DNA from: Macrostomum hystrix | Lineage: Eukaryota; Animalia; Platyhelminthes | Assembly: GCA_950097015.1 (NCBI GenBank) | Contig: CATNEN010000010.1 | Coordinates: forward strand, 2,728,001 to 2,792,000 | Reading direction: 5' to 3' | DNA: 64,000 bases | Shown: piece by piece, positions 22,494-33,975 of the stretch | Position numbering within the stretch: position 1 is the first letter of the stretch | How the letters are laid out: each line of letters starts with the position of its first letter | The notes under the pieces: generated by a model | What the model was told of the DNA's origin: nothing | Database searches by the model: none | The model's input: only the letters and a program-made list of their open reading frames with translations | Translations under genes and position numbers: made by a program

Positions 22494-25400
22494 ATGTATA
22501 CCGTGTTTTTAGGTTCCATATTTTTGTTTTCAGCTTTTTTTGCTAATCACGTCTCTTTTTGCAACCAATGTGGTCCTCGCAATTTTGTCATTAAAAGGCA
22601 CTCGATAATTCGAACTCAGGATTCTATTGCCAACGGAGCATCGGTGATCAAATCACTTCGTACAAAAACAATAGAAGAATGTGAGAGCAAATGCTGTGAA
22701 TCATCAGAGTGCACTGCAGCAATCTACGAAGTGTCGGTAAGCATTATATGTCGTCCAGAAAAGTAAACAAATAAAATTAGAACTTGTCTCAATTCTTCTC
22801 CGAATAAATTATCTGTATCTTTCGTTTTTCTCTACAGCCTTAAATAATCTGTGTGAAGTATATATTTTTAGTTTCGTAGTTAGTTAATTTTAGGTTATTT
22901 TGGTTAATTTTCTAAAAATCAAACCAGCAGTTTAATTTCTGGACAATTTTGTGTTAGTAAAAAAAGACATTTCTGGGCAAAACTGATTGCATACTTATAT
23001 TTTGAGTACATTTTTTCATGCTAAGAATTTCTATTATATAAAAATGTTATATTTGATTCTGGAAATATATTAAATTATTAGAGTTAAACTTTTTCAGCTA
23101 TGTTTAATAAAAAACTACCTTTGAATTTCACTCGATTAAAATGTAACTCAAACCTATAAAAGTAAAAAAACCTTACTAAATTTACAAGACACAGCATGTA
23201 AAATTATTGTTACTTAAGCTATACTATTACAGCTTGCTATACCTAGATTTTATGACCAAATTTGATTCATAGTGCAATTAGAAGACTACGAATCGATATA
23301 GCTAGTTTCTGGCTCTTCTTTTTCTGTGCACATTCTGTTTGCACTTTATCTTCTCTCCCACACCAATCAGAGCAAAAACCTTTGCTACCTGTTCAACTGT
23401 GGAGTTGCTGCCGCTCTATGCGACTTTGAGACCCACGCCCGCTATGTGGCGGCTGTCAGGATGGCGGTGCTGCCCTCCGCTGGCAACCAGCCGGCCACGA
23501 TGAAGACACCAGACACTGCTGCACCAGCTTCTGCTCCAGCCGAAACTAAAAAGACCCAAGCAATAGTTGGTGAGTCTTGAGCTTTCACTTAGGACTTAAA
23601 AATATGTCCTCCTTTAATTTATTCAATGCGAAATATACGTTTTATCTACAGACGAGCCGAGTTAATTGCATTCACTCCAGCGAGAAAGCAACAAGCGACA
23701 AAGAGCAGCATTGTAAGACAGGTGCAGAAACCATGGGTGGCAGATTTGCCTGAGTTCCTTTTCATTTTGCGGTGATTGGCAAGCCTAACTCTAATTTATA
23801 GGTGTCGGAGAGGGTGAGGGGTCTTTGCCTCTCGCACCAAGGTCCCTAAGCTCGATTCCGCGGCGAGGCCACATTCATTTGTCGTGCAATTTGCGCCCAT
23901 GAAGGCTAGGGAGTGTAAACTGCCTGAGGATAAGAAATTAAGAGCAGATGTACACACCTGTGTGAGTGTGTGCCCGCTTTCGGCATCTGAGACAGAATTG
24001 TTATAACCTTATGATTATAGTGTCTGGTGAAATGGTTAACAGTGAAACTGTATTGCTTGCCATTATTTTCTTGTTTCGCTTTTTTTTTAAACTAATAAAA
24101 CTGATCGCTGCGCTCAAATCGATACTCTGCTGCGCTCAAATCAACAACCTTATTGATGTGATTGCTGATTGCATTAATCATGCTTGTTGTACAGCTGCCG
24201 AGGCTACTTCTCAGCCAGCACTGCCATCTCTGCCGCCGCCGCCTCCTCCGCCGCCTCCTCGACCTCCGTCAGCTCCGACAAAAGCTCCAATTGCTAAGCA
24301 GCAGCAGCAGCAGAAGCAGCCACTGCAGCAGCAGCAGCAGGGAAAGCCTCAAGTCTGCCGCTACCCGGACCTTCAATTCCAGTGTCGCGACATCACCAAG
24401 GCGCCTCACTGCATCGCCATCTACGATCGCTGCGACGGTGTCGTCCACTGCGGAGACGGCAGCGATGAGTTGGACTGCTCAGTGGCATCCGCTGCTCCCC
24501 TTGAGCCATCGAAAAGTTTTGGTTAGCAATCAATTGTTACTACTGCAATACTGTTGTTTTAAACGTCCCGCAATTCCGCTTCTCAAACGAGTCATTCCCA
24601 AGACAGGTTTGAGGCCCTGTAACGGCTTTAGCAAAAGCTCTTTTATGCTGTTAAGCATGGTACCGAGAAATCCAGGCGCTTCACTTTTTGACGGAGAAAT
24701 CATTTTCGTTAGGATTTAGTAAAAAAATTGAAAAACAGATGACAAAGACTGCGACTTTTTCTTCCAGCTGATGCCAGGTCCATCCTGCAGGCAGCTGCTG
24801 CCGCAGCCACCAGATCAAACCAGCAGCAGAAGCAGCCGCAGATGCAACACACAGGGAAGGTGGCCGAGCACCACATGCTGGCACAGAGCGTACCGACGCC
24901 GCTGCCGCCCGGAGCCCGAATGTCCGAGCTGCCACACGCCCAGGGCAGCATCCAGCTCAGCCGGGCGCCCCAGTCTGCCGATGACCAGCAGCTGCCAGGC
25001 GGTCCAGACGCTTTCCTAAAAAGTCCGGCCGCCTCTCGCTACGGCTTCGACGATGCGACCGACCTGCTGCTGAGGAAGCCGGCTGGGGCCGCAGCTGATG
25101 ACTGGCCGTCCTCGGAGAAGTCCGTCGGGGGCAGCCAGCGTTGGTTGCCTAGCAACGATAGGTCGCTGGATTACGACAGACTAGGAGCCAGGCTTGATCC
25201 GGACACAATCTACAACCTGGGTGAGTTGGGCGCCATAAGTTCTCAGAGTTGTTTTGCTTTTGCCTGAGTGATCGTTGCTGGGTGGCAATTGACCAAACTT
25301 GACCAAACTTCACCCCCACAGACAATCCAGATAAAAGCTCTTCAGCCCTGGACAAATCAGACGCCGCTGACGCCGAGTTCTATCGACTGGGCGCCGCCTC

Positions 25401-26532
25401 CGCCGACCGGACCTACGCCGACCGCGACCCGGACAGCGCTCCGTCAGTCGGCGTCTACGACGATTTTAGCGCCGCTTCGATGCGCCGGCGGCAGCGGCTC
25501 AAGCAGCTCGCCGCGGTAGCCGCCGCCTCCGCCGCTGCCCAGCCCGCGTCCCGCTTCTCGTCATCGTCGGCGGCTGCGGCTGCCGAGCCGTGGAGGCCGC
25601 GATCCAGCGACATCGGTGAACTGGACCTGCCAAGGACGAACGGTCCATCAAAGCATTTGGGAGCAGCCACTAAGGCGCCTGAAAGAGGTCAGTGCAAGTG
25701 CTTTGTGTTTGCAACCATTTGAAGAGCTTTTGAGCACAGTAGCATTGTGCATTGTATATACAGCTTACATTTTTCTTAGAAATTAGAGATTAGCAAAACG
25801 TCTTTGAGACCGATTATTTTACGAGTAGAATTTAGGGGTCTTTGTTAAAATGTTATCGTCAATCTAGGAAGTCACAATTTTTTTGTGTTTCGTAGAAATA
25901 TATCTTGAAAGTACCGATATAGTTCGTATTTATTGTTATTTAGAAAGCCGCGTGTTTAATAAAATAAGCCGGCGGGTTTTGTCTTTTTAAAATGTTTCAT
26001 GGTTTTAAGAAATACTATACAATGAGGTTCAAATGAATTCAATTAACTGCTGTCTTCTACTATACTTATTAGAAATCAGCAGTGTTTCTTGGAAATGAGC
26101 AGTGCTTCTTAGAAATGAGCAGTGTTTCTTAGAAATGAGCAGTGTTTCTTAGCAATCAGCAGTGTTTCTTCGAAGTCAGCAGCGTCAGCTGTTTTTATAG
26201 TTGCATTTGTCAAGCCAAATACCACATTAAATTTTCCAGCCGTCACCAGGAAGTTGCCGCCGCCACCTCCGCCTCCGCCGGTCCGGCAGCCGCAACAGCA
26301 GCCGCAGCATCGCCTGACTGCGCAGTCGCAGGCTGAGCTGGCCGAGCTCATGGAGAATTATCGGCAGTCCCGCACGGCGGTGGTCGCCCTGGCCCTGGGC
26401 CTGGGGCTCAGCCTGGTTGCCGTGCTGTTCCTCACCTGCCGCATCCGGCAGCTGCGCGCCAGATTCAGGCGAGGCGGCAAAACCCTGACTAGCGACGAGG
26501 CGGACTACCTCATCAACGGCATGTACCTGTGA
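22494..26532 (+). CDS. LRP11: LRP11-like type I membrane protein (signal peptide, MANSC domain, LDLa repeat, TM, DYLINGMYL tail), ~626 aa
   Basis: Exons 22494-22736, 23371-23569, 24195-24521, 24768-25220, 25322-25687, 26240-26532 total 1881 nt, in frame. MANSC: IIRTQDSIANGA..CESKCCESSECTAAIYE..LCYLFNC. LDLa: CIAIYDRCDGVVHCGDGSDELDC. TM: VVALALGLGLSLVAVLFLTC. C-terminus: DEADYLINGMYL. Confidence 0.85.
23801..24020 (+). mobile_element. tRNA-derived SINE family 1, degenerate copy in an LRP11-like intron
   Basis: tttgcctctcgcaccaaggtccctaagctcgattccgcggcgaggccacattca matches the heads of the copies at 28.9, 30.4 and 61.3 kb. Confidence 0.7.
26075..26170. repeat. 20-bp short tandem repeat, ~5 copies
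   Basis: Unit agaaatgagcagtgtttctt. Confidence 0.8.
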
Positions 26533-28036
26533 TGAAGCGGCCTGGTTGCTAAGAATATCAAAGCCAAGATTTGAGATTTGAACTGTTCAACTGTTTTGAC
26601 AAAATGGAGGAACGCAAACAAAGATTAACAAAGATAAACAAATATTTTTATGAACTCATTACTTTCATATTTAAATATCCTAAAAAAAGTCTGTTTTATT
26701 ATCCTGATATCCTGATTAAGCAAACTTTCCACTTGTTAACTTATTTAACTGTCTGAATTATCTTTTTGTCATTGAAAAGTGGGAAAGAAACTATTTTTGT
26801 ACCGAAAAATTTCTAGGAAACACAATGATTTCGAACTCACAGTTAAACGTTTTAAAATTTTTCACTGTAATTAAATAAAATGGCTTTTATTCAAATAGGT
26901 AAAAATTAATGCGGACAAAATCGAATAAAACTATAAATACGCTCGTACATTTTTACGTCGTGTGTAATCTTTCTTAGAATGTGTTTGTCGTTCGTCGAAA
27001 ATGCCGGTGTTTTCTAATCAGTCTGCTGGGGGTCTTGTGCAATGTGAAGAGATGATATTTTGACAAAAACTTTTAACTATGATTTTATCAAGTCGGAAAT
27101 GTCTTATATCATTATTTTTATTAAATCCACATCTTATTGTCTGTGTTTGTGTCTTTGTGTATTTTTTTGCTAACTTATTTTTCCTTCAAAATATGTTTTC
27201 ACACTTTCTTTGCACTTATGAGTCATGCTTTTCTTTGTGTCTGTAAAAGTGAAACAATTCTGCGACATTGCTACTCACCCAGCAGCAAAAAATTGCAGGA
27301 GTACGTTGATTAAAATTCCTAAAGTTCGTTTTTTACATTTTAAGTTCTTTTTTATTTTCTTTTTAATACAATTTGTCAGTCAGCACTTCTGTTTAATATA
27401 TATACTAAAGCATATTATACAGCTTGTCGTTATTTTCTTTCTATAATAATACTCGTATTTAAATAACTCTTTTTGTATGCACCACACTGCATTGAGTGTC
27501 ACATTTTATTTCATAATCATTCAGTTACATTTCAGATGAATAATGTCCCGTATTTTAAAAAAGTCTTTTTAATTGACATTTTTGTTTAGTCAGAACCAGT
27601 GAGCAGCGTGACATTTTCTATTTAACCATTTCCGGCTTTGCAAAAAGTTTTGCGACCTGCTAAACAAACCATCCCACACTTCTTAACCTGCATTCATGTC
27701 TTTAACTGCCTACTGTTCAGTAGCCATTCAGATTTCCTAGTCGGGGGGCATGTCTCCCTGTCACTTGATTGTTGTTGTAACTGAAATAAAAACAAGTGTG
27801 GATATGAGCAGTCTACTGGTTCAGGCTTCAAGATCTTGGCTTACCTTTTACCTGGGAGGACAGCTTCTTTTTTGGTTCATCGTGTTCTTGAGCTGAATTA
27901 AATTTTAGCTTTGAGCAACGCTTTCATTTTTTGCCTCTGATACGGCCCGTGAATAAATGAGTGAAGATTTATTTATTTAATAAAAAATATTGCGGTTTAA
28001 CAAGAGCAAACACCAGTACTTGAAATGCCGCTAGCT

Positions 28037-30716
28037 TCACCCATTTGGTGGCAAGTTTTGCGAAAATGAGGCTGACTTCTTGGATGCCTCCGGTTGGCGA
28101 TCCGCCCTGTGCTCGCCAATCGTGTAGCCGACATCGCCGACAGCCCAACAGGAGTGCCTGACGGCCGGCACGTTGAAGTCAAAGATCACAGCGTGTGCGG
28201 CTGAGAATGGGTCGACGGACATGCTGCGTAGGTACACTACAAGGTCATCTGTCACCATCTGGATCCGGGCTCGAGGCCAGCTGGCTCGCATGAGCACAGT
28301 GCCTGCAAGCGGGCGGTTCTGACCAATGAGAGCTGAGCTGATGCAATACACCTGACAGGAAGGCTGCGACACAGCCATGGTCACCCCGAGCTCTGATCTC
28401 TGCACCCGAAATTTCGAGTTTTATATTTGGAATTTTTCGAGATTTTCCTTTTACCATAGGGCTTGTAGACTAGTGCCGTGGTTAGGGCTTAGGACTCCGA
28501 CTTGAAGGTCTGGGGTTCGATTCCCGACTCCAACTAGAACAACTGGCGTTTGGTGGGGAGTTAATAATGCTAGCAGTGTTAGAAATCAGCTCCAACATCA
28601 TTAGGTGACACCAGACCCGCAGCCAGCGAGGAGGCAATTCTGCCCATTTCCCTGACTCTTGAGCACGCACACAGATAATGTACACAGGCACAGGCTCACA
28701 CAGTTGTGTACATCTGCTCTGACTTTCTCATTGTCAGGCAGTGCACACTTTTACTGTGCCTTGGAGGTTGGCCGTCAAGGGCGTAAATTGCACGACAAGC
28801 CCCCAAACTTTCTGTCCGCGGCATCGAGCTTAGGGAAATTGATGCGAGAGGCAAACGCGTAAACTGCTCTGCCACTCACCCTCTTGGTGGGGAGTTTCTC
28901 CACTCCTTGGCATAAACAGAGACTAAGTTCTCACCGTTGAGATCCAGCAGAATAACCAAGCAATCGCCCTGCTGATTCTGTGAACGATCCGAGTTGAACG
29001 CTTTCCGCGTATCTAAGTCGTCACCACCTCCAGCTGCCTCGTCGACGGAGGCGCCCACGCGCTCGCAAACCACCAGGGCGCCGAAGCTGCCAATGGCGTA
29101 GAGACGAAACTCGCCGTCGCCGCTGCCGCCGAGCAGGGGAGTCAGCTCCAACTGAGCCGGCGGGCCCAGCCAGCCGCCGCTGCGATGAATCTCCAGCGAG
29201 GCCGACGGCTGCGGCCGGAGTAGCAGCAGGTCGCCAGCGTTTGTCACGGCCATCGGCAAAGGCGACGATTGGCACCGAGGCAGCGTCAGCAGAAGCCGGA
29301 GGCTGATGGCGTCGATCAGCTGGTGTCGGGAGCCGCCGCTGAGGAGCAGCAGCCGGCCATTTGGGGACAGGCGGAACTGGCACGCTGAATGGACACTGCG
29401 CCGGCAGAGTCGCTGCATCGGCCGACATCCGGCGGTGTCGAATGCGCTGAAGATCAGCGGCTGAGGCTTCTGCTGGCGCTGCGGCTGTGAGTGGAGGGTC
29501 GGGCGATTTGAATCACGAGTTTCACCCGGTTACAAAATCTCTCCCACTGAATCCCGTCTTGCTGGTCGCACCTGACTGGGGTCGCTCAGTCGGGACACCA
29601 GCAGCACGGAGTCCTCGGATGTCCAATAGAATCGCAGGAATCGCTCTAACCGACCGGTCAGCGACTGTCCGAGCAGCAGGGCATTCTTAGGCGCGTCGGT
29701 TCTTTCCGTCCACACCGTGAAGGCGGCCTCCATCGCCGACGATCGAGAAGGGGAAAATGACGCGCTGCTGCAGCCGGAGCACCAGAGGGCGCCCAGCGGA
29801 CTGCGGCCGAAGCGCGACGCTGCCGCGACAACCTCAGCCGTGGGTGTCTGGTAGTTGCCAACCCGCGCTCCGCTGGCCAAGCAGTGAAATTCTATGCGAC
29901 TGCGCAGCACCACACAGAGCACGTCCTGATGGTCAAATGACACCAGACTGAGAGGACGCCGGTCAGCGGGGAAGTCGATCGAGCGGCGCTTGCAGTTGCT
30001 GGAGGCGCCCGGCCTCCTGGGATTGATGTAGATCTTGCGACGGTCGGCTGTCAGTGCGGCGGAGTAGGAGGCTGTGAAGGCCACATGGATGATGTTGACC
30101 TGTGTGAACAATTATAATATTGCAGGAGGGCTGCAGGCAATGGCTCATCATTTGGTGACACTAGACCCGCAGCCAGCGAGGAGGCAATTCTGCGCATTTC
30201 GCTGACTCCTGAGCACACACGCACTCAGAATACCGTATGCAGGCACAGACTCACACTTTCTGATTGTCAGGTAGTTTACGCTTTCACTGTGACTTTGAGG
30301 TTGGCCCTCAAGGGTAGAAATTGCACAAGAAGCCGCCAAGCCTTCTCTAAGCGGCTGCGCCACAAAAAATGTGGCCTTGCCGCGGAATCGAGCTCACTGA
30401 CTTTGGTGCGAGTGGCAAACGCGCTAGATCACTCGGCCACTCGGCACCCGCTCACCTGGTGTGAAGGTACGAGCCATCGGCGCTCACAATCACAGTCATA
30501 GTCATAATCAGACGATTGATGAGATCGCAATGAACAATACACAAGCTGGCAGAAAAAGTTGCTCACGGGAAAGCGGAGGTCCTGCGGCTCCACGCCCAGC
30601 AGCCAGTTGGCCTGCCTATTCGAGTCGCTATTGATAAAAGACTCCCGCTGAGAAACTGTTTCAGCCGATGTGCCTGTAGGCTGCTCAGCTGTGCTCACCT
30701 GGTCTGTGGAGGCCAT
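28037..30716 (-). CDS. Uncharacterised protein, probably WD40-like/beta-propeller, ~564 aa
   Basis: Exons 30716-30456, 30099-29572, 29484-28935 and 28392-28037 (last acceptor uncertain) total 1695 nt, in frame. Short beta-strand-like segments such as CQFRLSPNGRLLLLSGG and VILLDLN. No family recognised. Confidence 0.6.
28465..28545 (+). mobile_element. tRNA-derived SINE family 2, 5' fragment
   Basis: B-box ggttcgattcc; shares gttcgattcccgactccaactagaaca exactly with the copy at 61.9 kb (-). Confidence 0.6.
28590..28880 (-). mobile_element. tRNA-derived SINE family 1 copy (intronic)
   Basis: Minus-strand head ggtgagtggcagagcagtttacgcgtttgcctctcgc...agctcgatgcc; body gacccgcagccagcgaggaggcaattctg shared with the 30.1 and 61.1 kb copies. 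Confidence 0.8.
30108..30450 (-). mobile_element. tRNA-derived SINE family 1 copy occupying nearly all of intron 30100-30455
   Basis: Head ccgagtggccgagtgatctagcgcgtttgcc...agctcgattccgcgg with A/B-box-like motifs, conserved body, and a short AT tail next to the acceptor. Confidence 0.8.
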
Positions 30717-30944
30717 GCCAGTTGCCGCTTGAGTAGCTGTCAGCTGTCAGCTGCAACAATAGCTGCCGAAAATACTGATTTAATTAGCTATTTCTTTACT
30801 GAGCAGCTGAGCAACCGCATGGCTATCTCCGGTAGCCTTTGGCCATAGACTAACATTGAATTGGTCAGCGCTATCAGCGCCATTGCCGTTCCGTTCACAA
30901 AGGCAGCTAATGCCATGAATAATAAAGTCGCTTATTCACTCAAA

Positions 30945-31056
30945 CTGATTCACAGCTCACAGCCCACACTCATTCCCAGCTCGCACTGATTCACAGCTCA
31001 CAGCCCACACTCATTCACAGCTCGCACTGATTCACAGCTCACAGCTCACTCTCATT
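30945..31056. repeat. cacagct/cactgatt minisatellite, left part (interrupted by the Crypton)
   Basis: cactgattcacagctcacag... is the same family as 33069-33975. Confidence 0.85.
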
Positions 31057-33068
31057 GTAACACGCTCAAGCGTGCAGTAAATGACCATGTCTATGGTAAG
31101 ATCGTATAGTCAAGCAATACACAAAGCGTGCTGTAAATAAAAAAGCGTGCAGTAAATGGACGTCTATGGTCCAAACTCAAGAAGAACAATCGGTGCGTAT
31201 ATTTTTATTAAAAAATTTAACAGGACAACGACATTACACATTAATTACTTGTACTTTCGTCAGTATCGAAATAGCTCGTATTTTAAGATCTTATTGATGT
31301 CAAATCATTTGCTATTGTGCAGCTGCAATCATTTCGTTAAATTAAAGGTGCACCCACTCACGTTTCCATTAAAGTTGAGATTGAAGATAACATGCCGAGG
31401 CTCGGTCGAACTACCACTGTTCGAAACATCGTGCTCCGCTGGCTGACACATCTTCAATCGATCGGGGCCGTTCGAAGCATTGGCTTCATGAAGCGATGAG
31501 TGCAATGAGTTGCACATAGCCCGCATCTCGGACGTTCGTCTGCTTCCGAATTGCAGATATCGTTCTACTGTCTTCACTTGCTTGTGGCCAGTCACTTTAC
31601 AGATGTCAGCATTCGAGTACCCAGCACCAGACAACTCCTTGATGACGGTAGGGCGTATGCAATGGGCCGTGTAACGCTTGCTCAAACCGGCAGCCTCAGA
31701 CAATTTGGACATCATGGTTGCTAGGGTATTAACACCAATCGCTTGTGACGCGAAATACCAGTTAGAGTTCTTCCACCTGGTTGTTTTGGGTTTCAGAAAA
31801 AACGGTGCAGTACTCGTTGAGGTTGAGGTAGATGGCAAAGACTCGCGCCGTTTCTCTAGATACATCAAGAGAGCTTGTACAGGACACTTTTCAGCAGTCT
31901 CGATCATCAGCGACTCCTTTACATCGTCACATGCGTCCCGACCGAGTGTGTTGCCTACATTCTTCACTTTACCAGCCAACAGGCGCACTGCACGCTTCCC
32001 ATCAGACATCGTCTCGAAAACGAAGCTGTCTTCCTTCAGACCTCTTAGCCATTCTCTACCGCGATTTCCGAAGTAGTAAATCAGGCTGTAATAAATCTCG
32101 TGCAGCAAAGCCGTCGGAGACTGTCTGTCAAAGTATCGAGATAACTTCTCCATGTCTTCCACTTCAATAGCTTGGAAATGCTTCGCGCGACCGCCATCGG
32201 AAATAAACTTCCTCGCCATTGCCTAATTCAATGTCGCGTTTGCAGAATAGAAAGCATCGCCCTCAATGATGTTTAGCTGCCTGGCTCGCATCATGTAGCG
32301 GAAAATAGCTGCACGCATGCAGATTAGCGATGCTGGCGAATAATATCCGCCGTCAGTCTTACGTGCCGTGCCATAGAATAATCGGAGGACACGATTGACC
32401 TTCTCCGGCTCAGCCGTCATCAAGTCAATATTCAACGACGGTGTCGAAGCTATGAAGTCCACCAGCTTTTTCACGTATGTATCAGTCTGACGTCTGGTAC
32501 CGGCACTCGTCACACTCTCTTCTAGCTCGTCTATCGATTTCTCTAGATCTTCAACGCTCGGCAAACTGTCGAACATGCCGTCAATGTCAATATCATCCGG
32601 CAGCACAAACTCGTCCACAGTTGCAACATCGTCCGGCAGCACAAAGTCGTCGTCCACATTTGCAGGTTGCTCGATTTGTTTTTCAGCAAAGCGCTCTTCG
32701 GTTTGCTGTTGTAGGATAATATCAATCTGTGAAGATGACATTCCAGATATGGCTTCTTCAGGCAGTTTCTTATAGTCAACGTAATAAATACGCTTAGCTG
32801 ACGAAGCCATGGTATCGCTGGAAGCCGTCTTCTAACTGCGCTCAGGTCCTACATATGCACGTATGTCTATGGCAGTCCTTCGATTTTTCCGATGAAAATA
32901 AAAAAGCGTGCAGTAAATGGATGTCTATGGCCAAAAGTCAGAGACTAATTCGCATTTTACAATGCGTCTAACACTAAGTTTTGAGTGCTGATAACGTCTA
33001 TGGCACTCGTGCGCTGCGCGCACTCGAGCCAAGACGTTATCAGCACTCAAAACTTAGTGTCAATCATA
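31057..33068 (-). mobile_element. Crypton-type (CryptonA-like, DUF3504) tyrosine-recombinase DNA transposon, apparently full length
   Basis: Contains the YR ORF and is flanked by CATT at 31053-31056 and 33069-33072. Removing it restores the minisatellite unit cagctcactctCATTcacagctcgcac. Terminal hairpin at 32971-33060; 35-bp direct repeats at 31135-31169 and 32896-32930. Confidence 0.85.
31329..32810 (-). pseudogene. Crypton tyrosine recombinase (~490 aa) with one in-frame TAG at 32225-32223
   Basis: The 195-aa and 296-aa ORFs are in the same frame (...AAT TAG GCA ATG...). N-part RVLRLFYGTARKTDGGYYSPASLICMRAAIFRYM is the core-binding domain. C-part has FGNRGRE (R), KVKN (K), YTAHCIR (HxxR), TGHK (H) and ERY (Y), the full YR catalytic set. 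Confidence 0.85.
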
Positions 33069-33975
33069 CATTCACAGCTCGCACTGATTCACAGCTCGCA
33101 CTGATTCACAGCTCACAGCTCACACACATTCACAGCTCGCACTGATTCACAGCTCACAGCTCACTCTCATTCACAGCTCGCACTCATTCACAGCTCACAG
33201 TTCGCACTCATTCACAGCTCACAGTTCGCACTCATTCACAGCTCGCACTGATTTACAGCTCACAACATTCACAGCTTACACGGACGCATAGCTCACGCCC
33301 ATTTGAAGCTCATACTGACTCACAGCTCACATCTATTCACAGCTCACACCTATTCACTGCTCACACCCATTCACAACTCACACTGACTCACAACTCACAC
33401 TGATTCACTGCTCACACCCATTCGCAGCTCACACCCATTTACAGCTCACACTGACTCACAGCTCACACTGATTCACAGCTCACACTGATTCACAGCTCAC
33501 ACTGATTCACAGCTCACACTGATTCACAGCTCACACTGATACACTGCTCACACTGATTCACAGCTCACACTGATTCACAGCTCACACTGATTCACAGCTC
33601 ACACTGATTCACAGCTCAAACTGATTCACTGCTCACACTGATTCACAGCTCACACTGATTCACAGCTCACACTGACTCACAACTCACACTGACTCACAGC
33701 TCACACTGATTCACAGCTCACACTGATTCACAGCTCACACTGATTCACAGCTCACACTGACTCACAGCTCACACTGATACACTGCTCACACTGATTCACT
33801 GCTCACACTGACTCACAGCTCACACTGATTCACAGCTCACACTGATTCACAGCTCACACTGATTCACAGCTCACACTGATACACTGCTCACACTGATACA
33901 CTGCTCACACTGATACACTGCTCACACTGATTCACTGCTCACACTGATTCACTGCTCACACCCATTCACAGCTCA
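33069..33975. repeat. cacactgattcacagct minisatellite (~17-bp unit), main block
   Basis: Units ctcacactgattcacag with variants; further blocks at 34695-34745, 34805-34845 (inverted) and 37215-37390. Confidence 0.92.
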
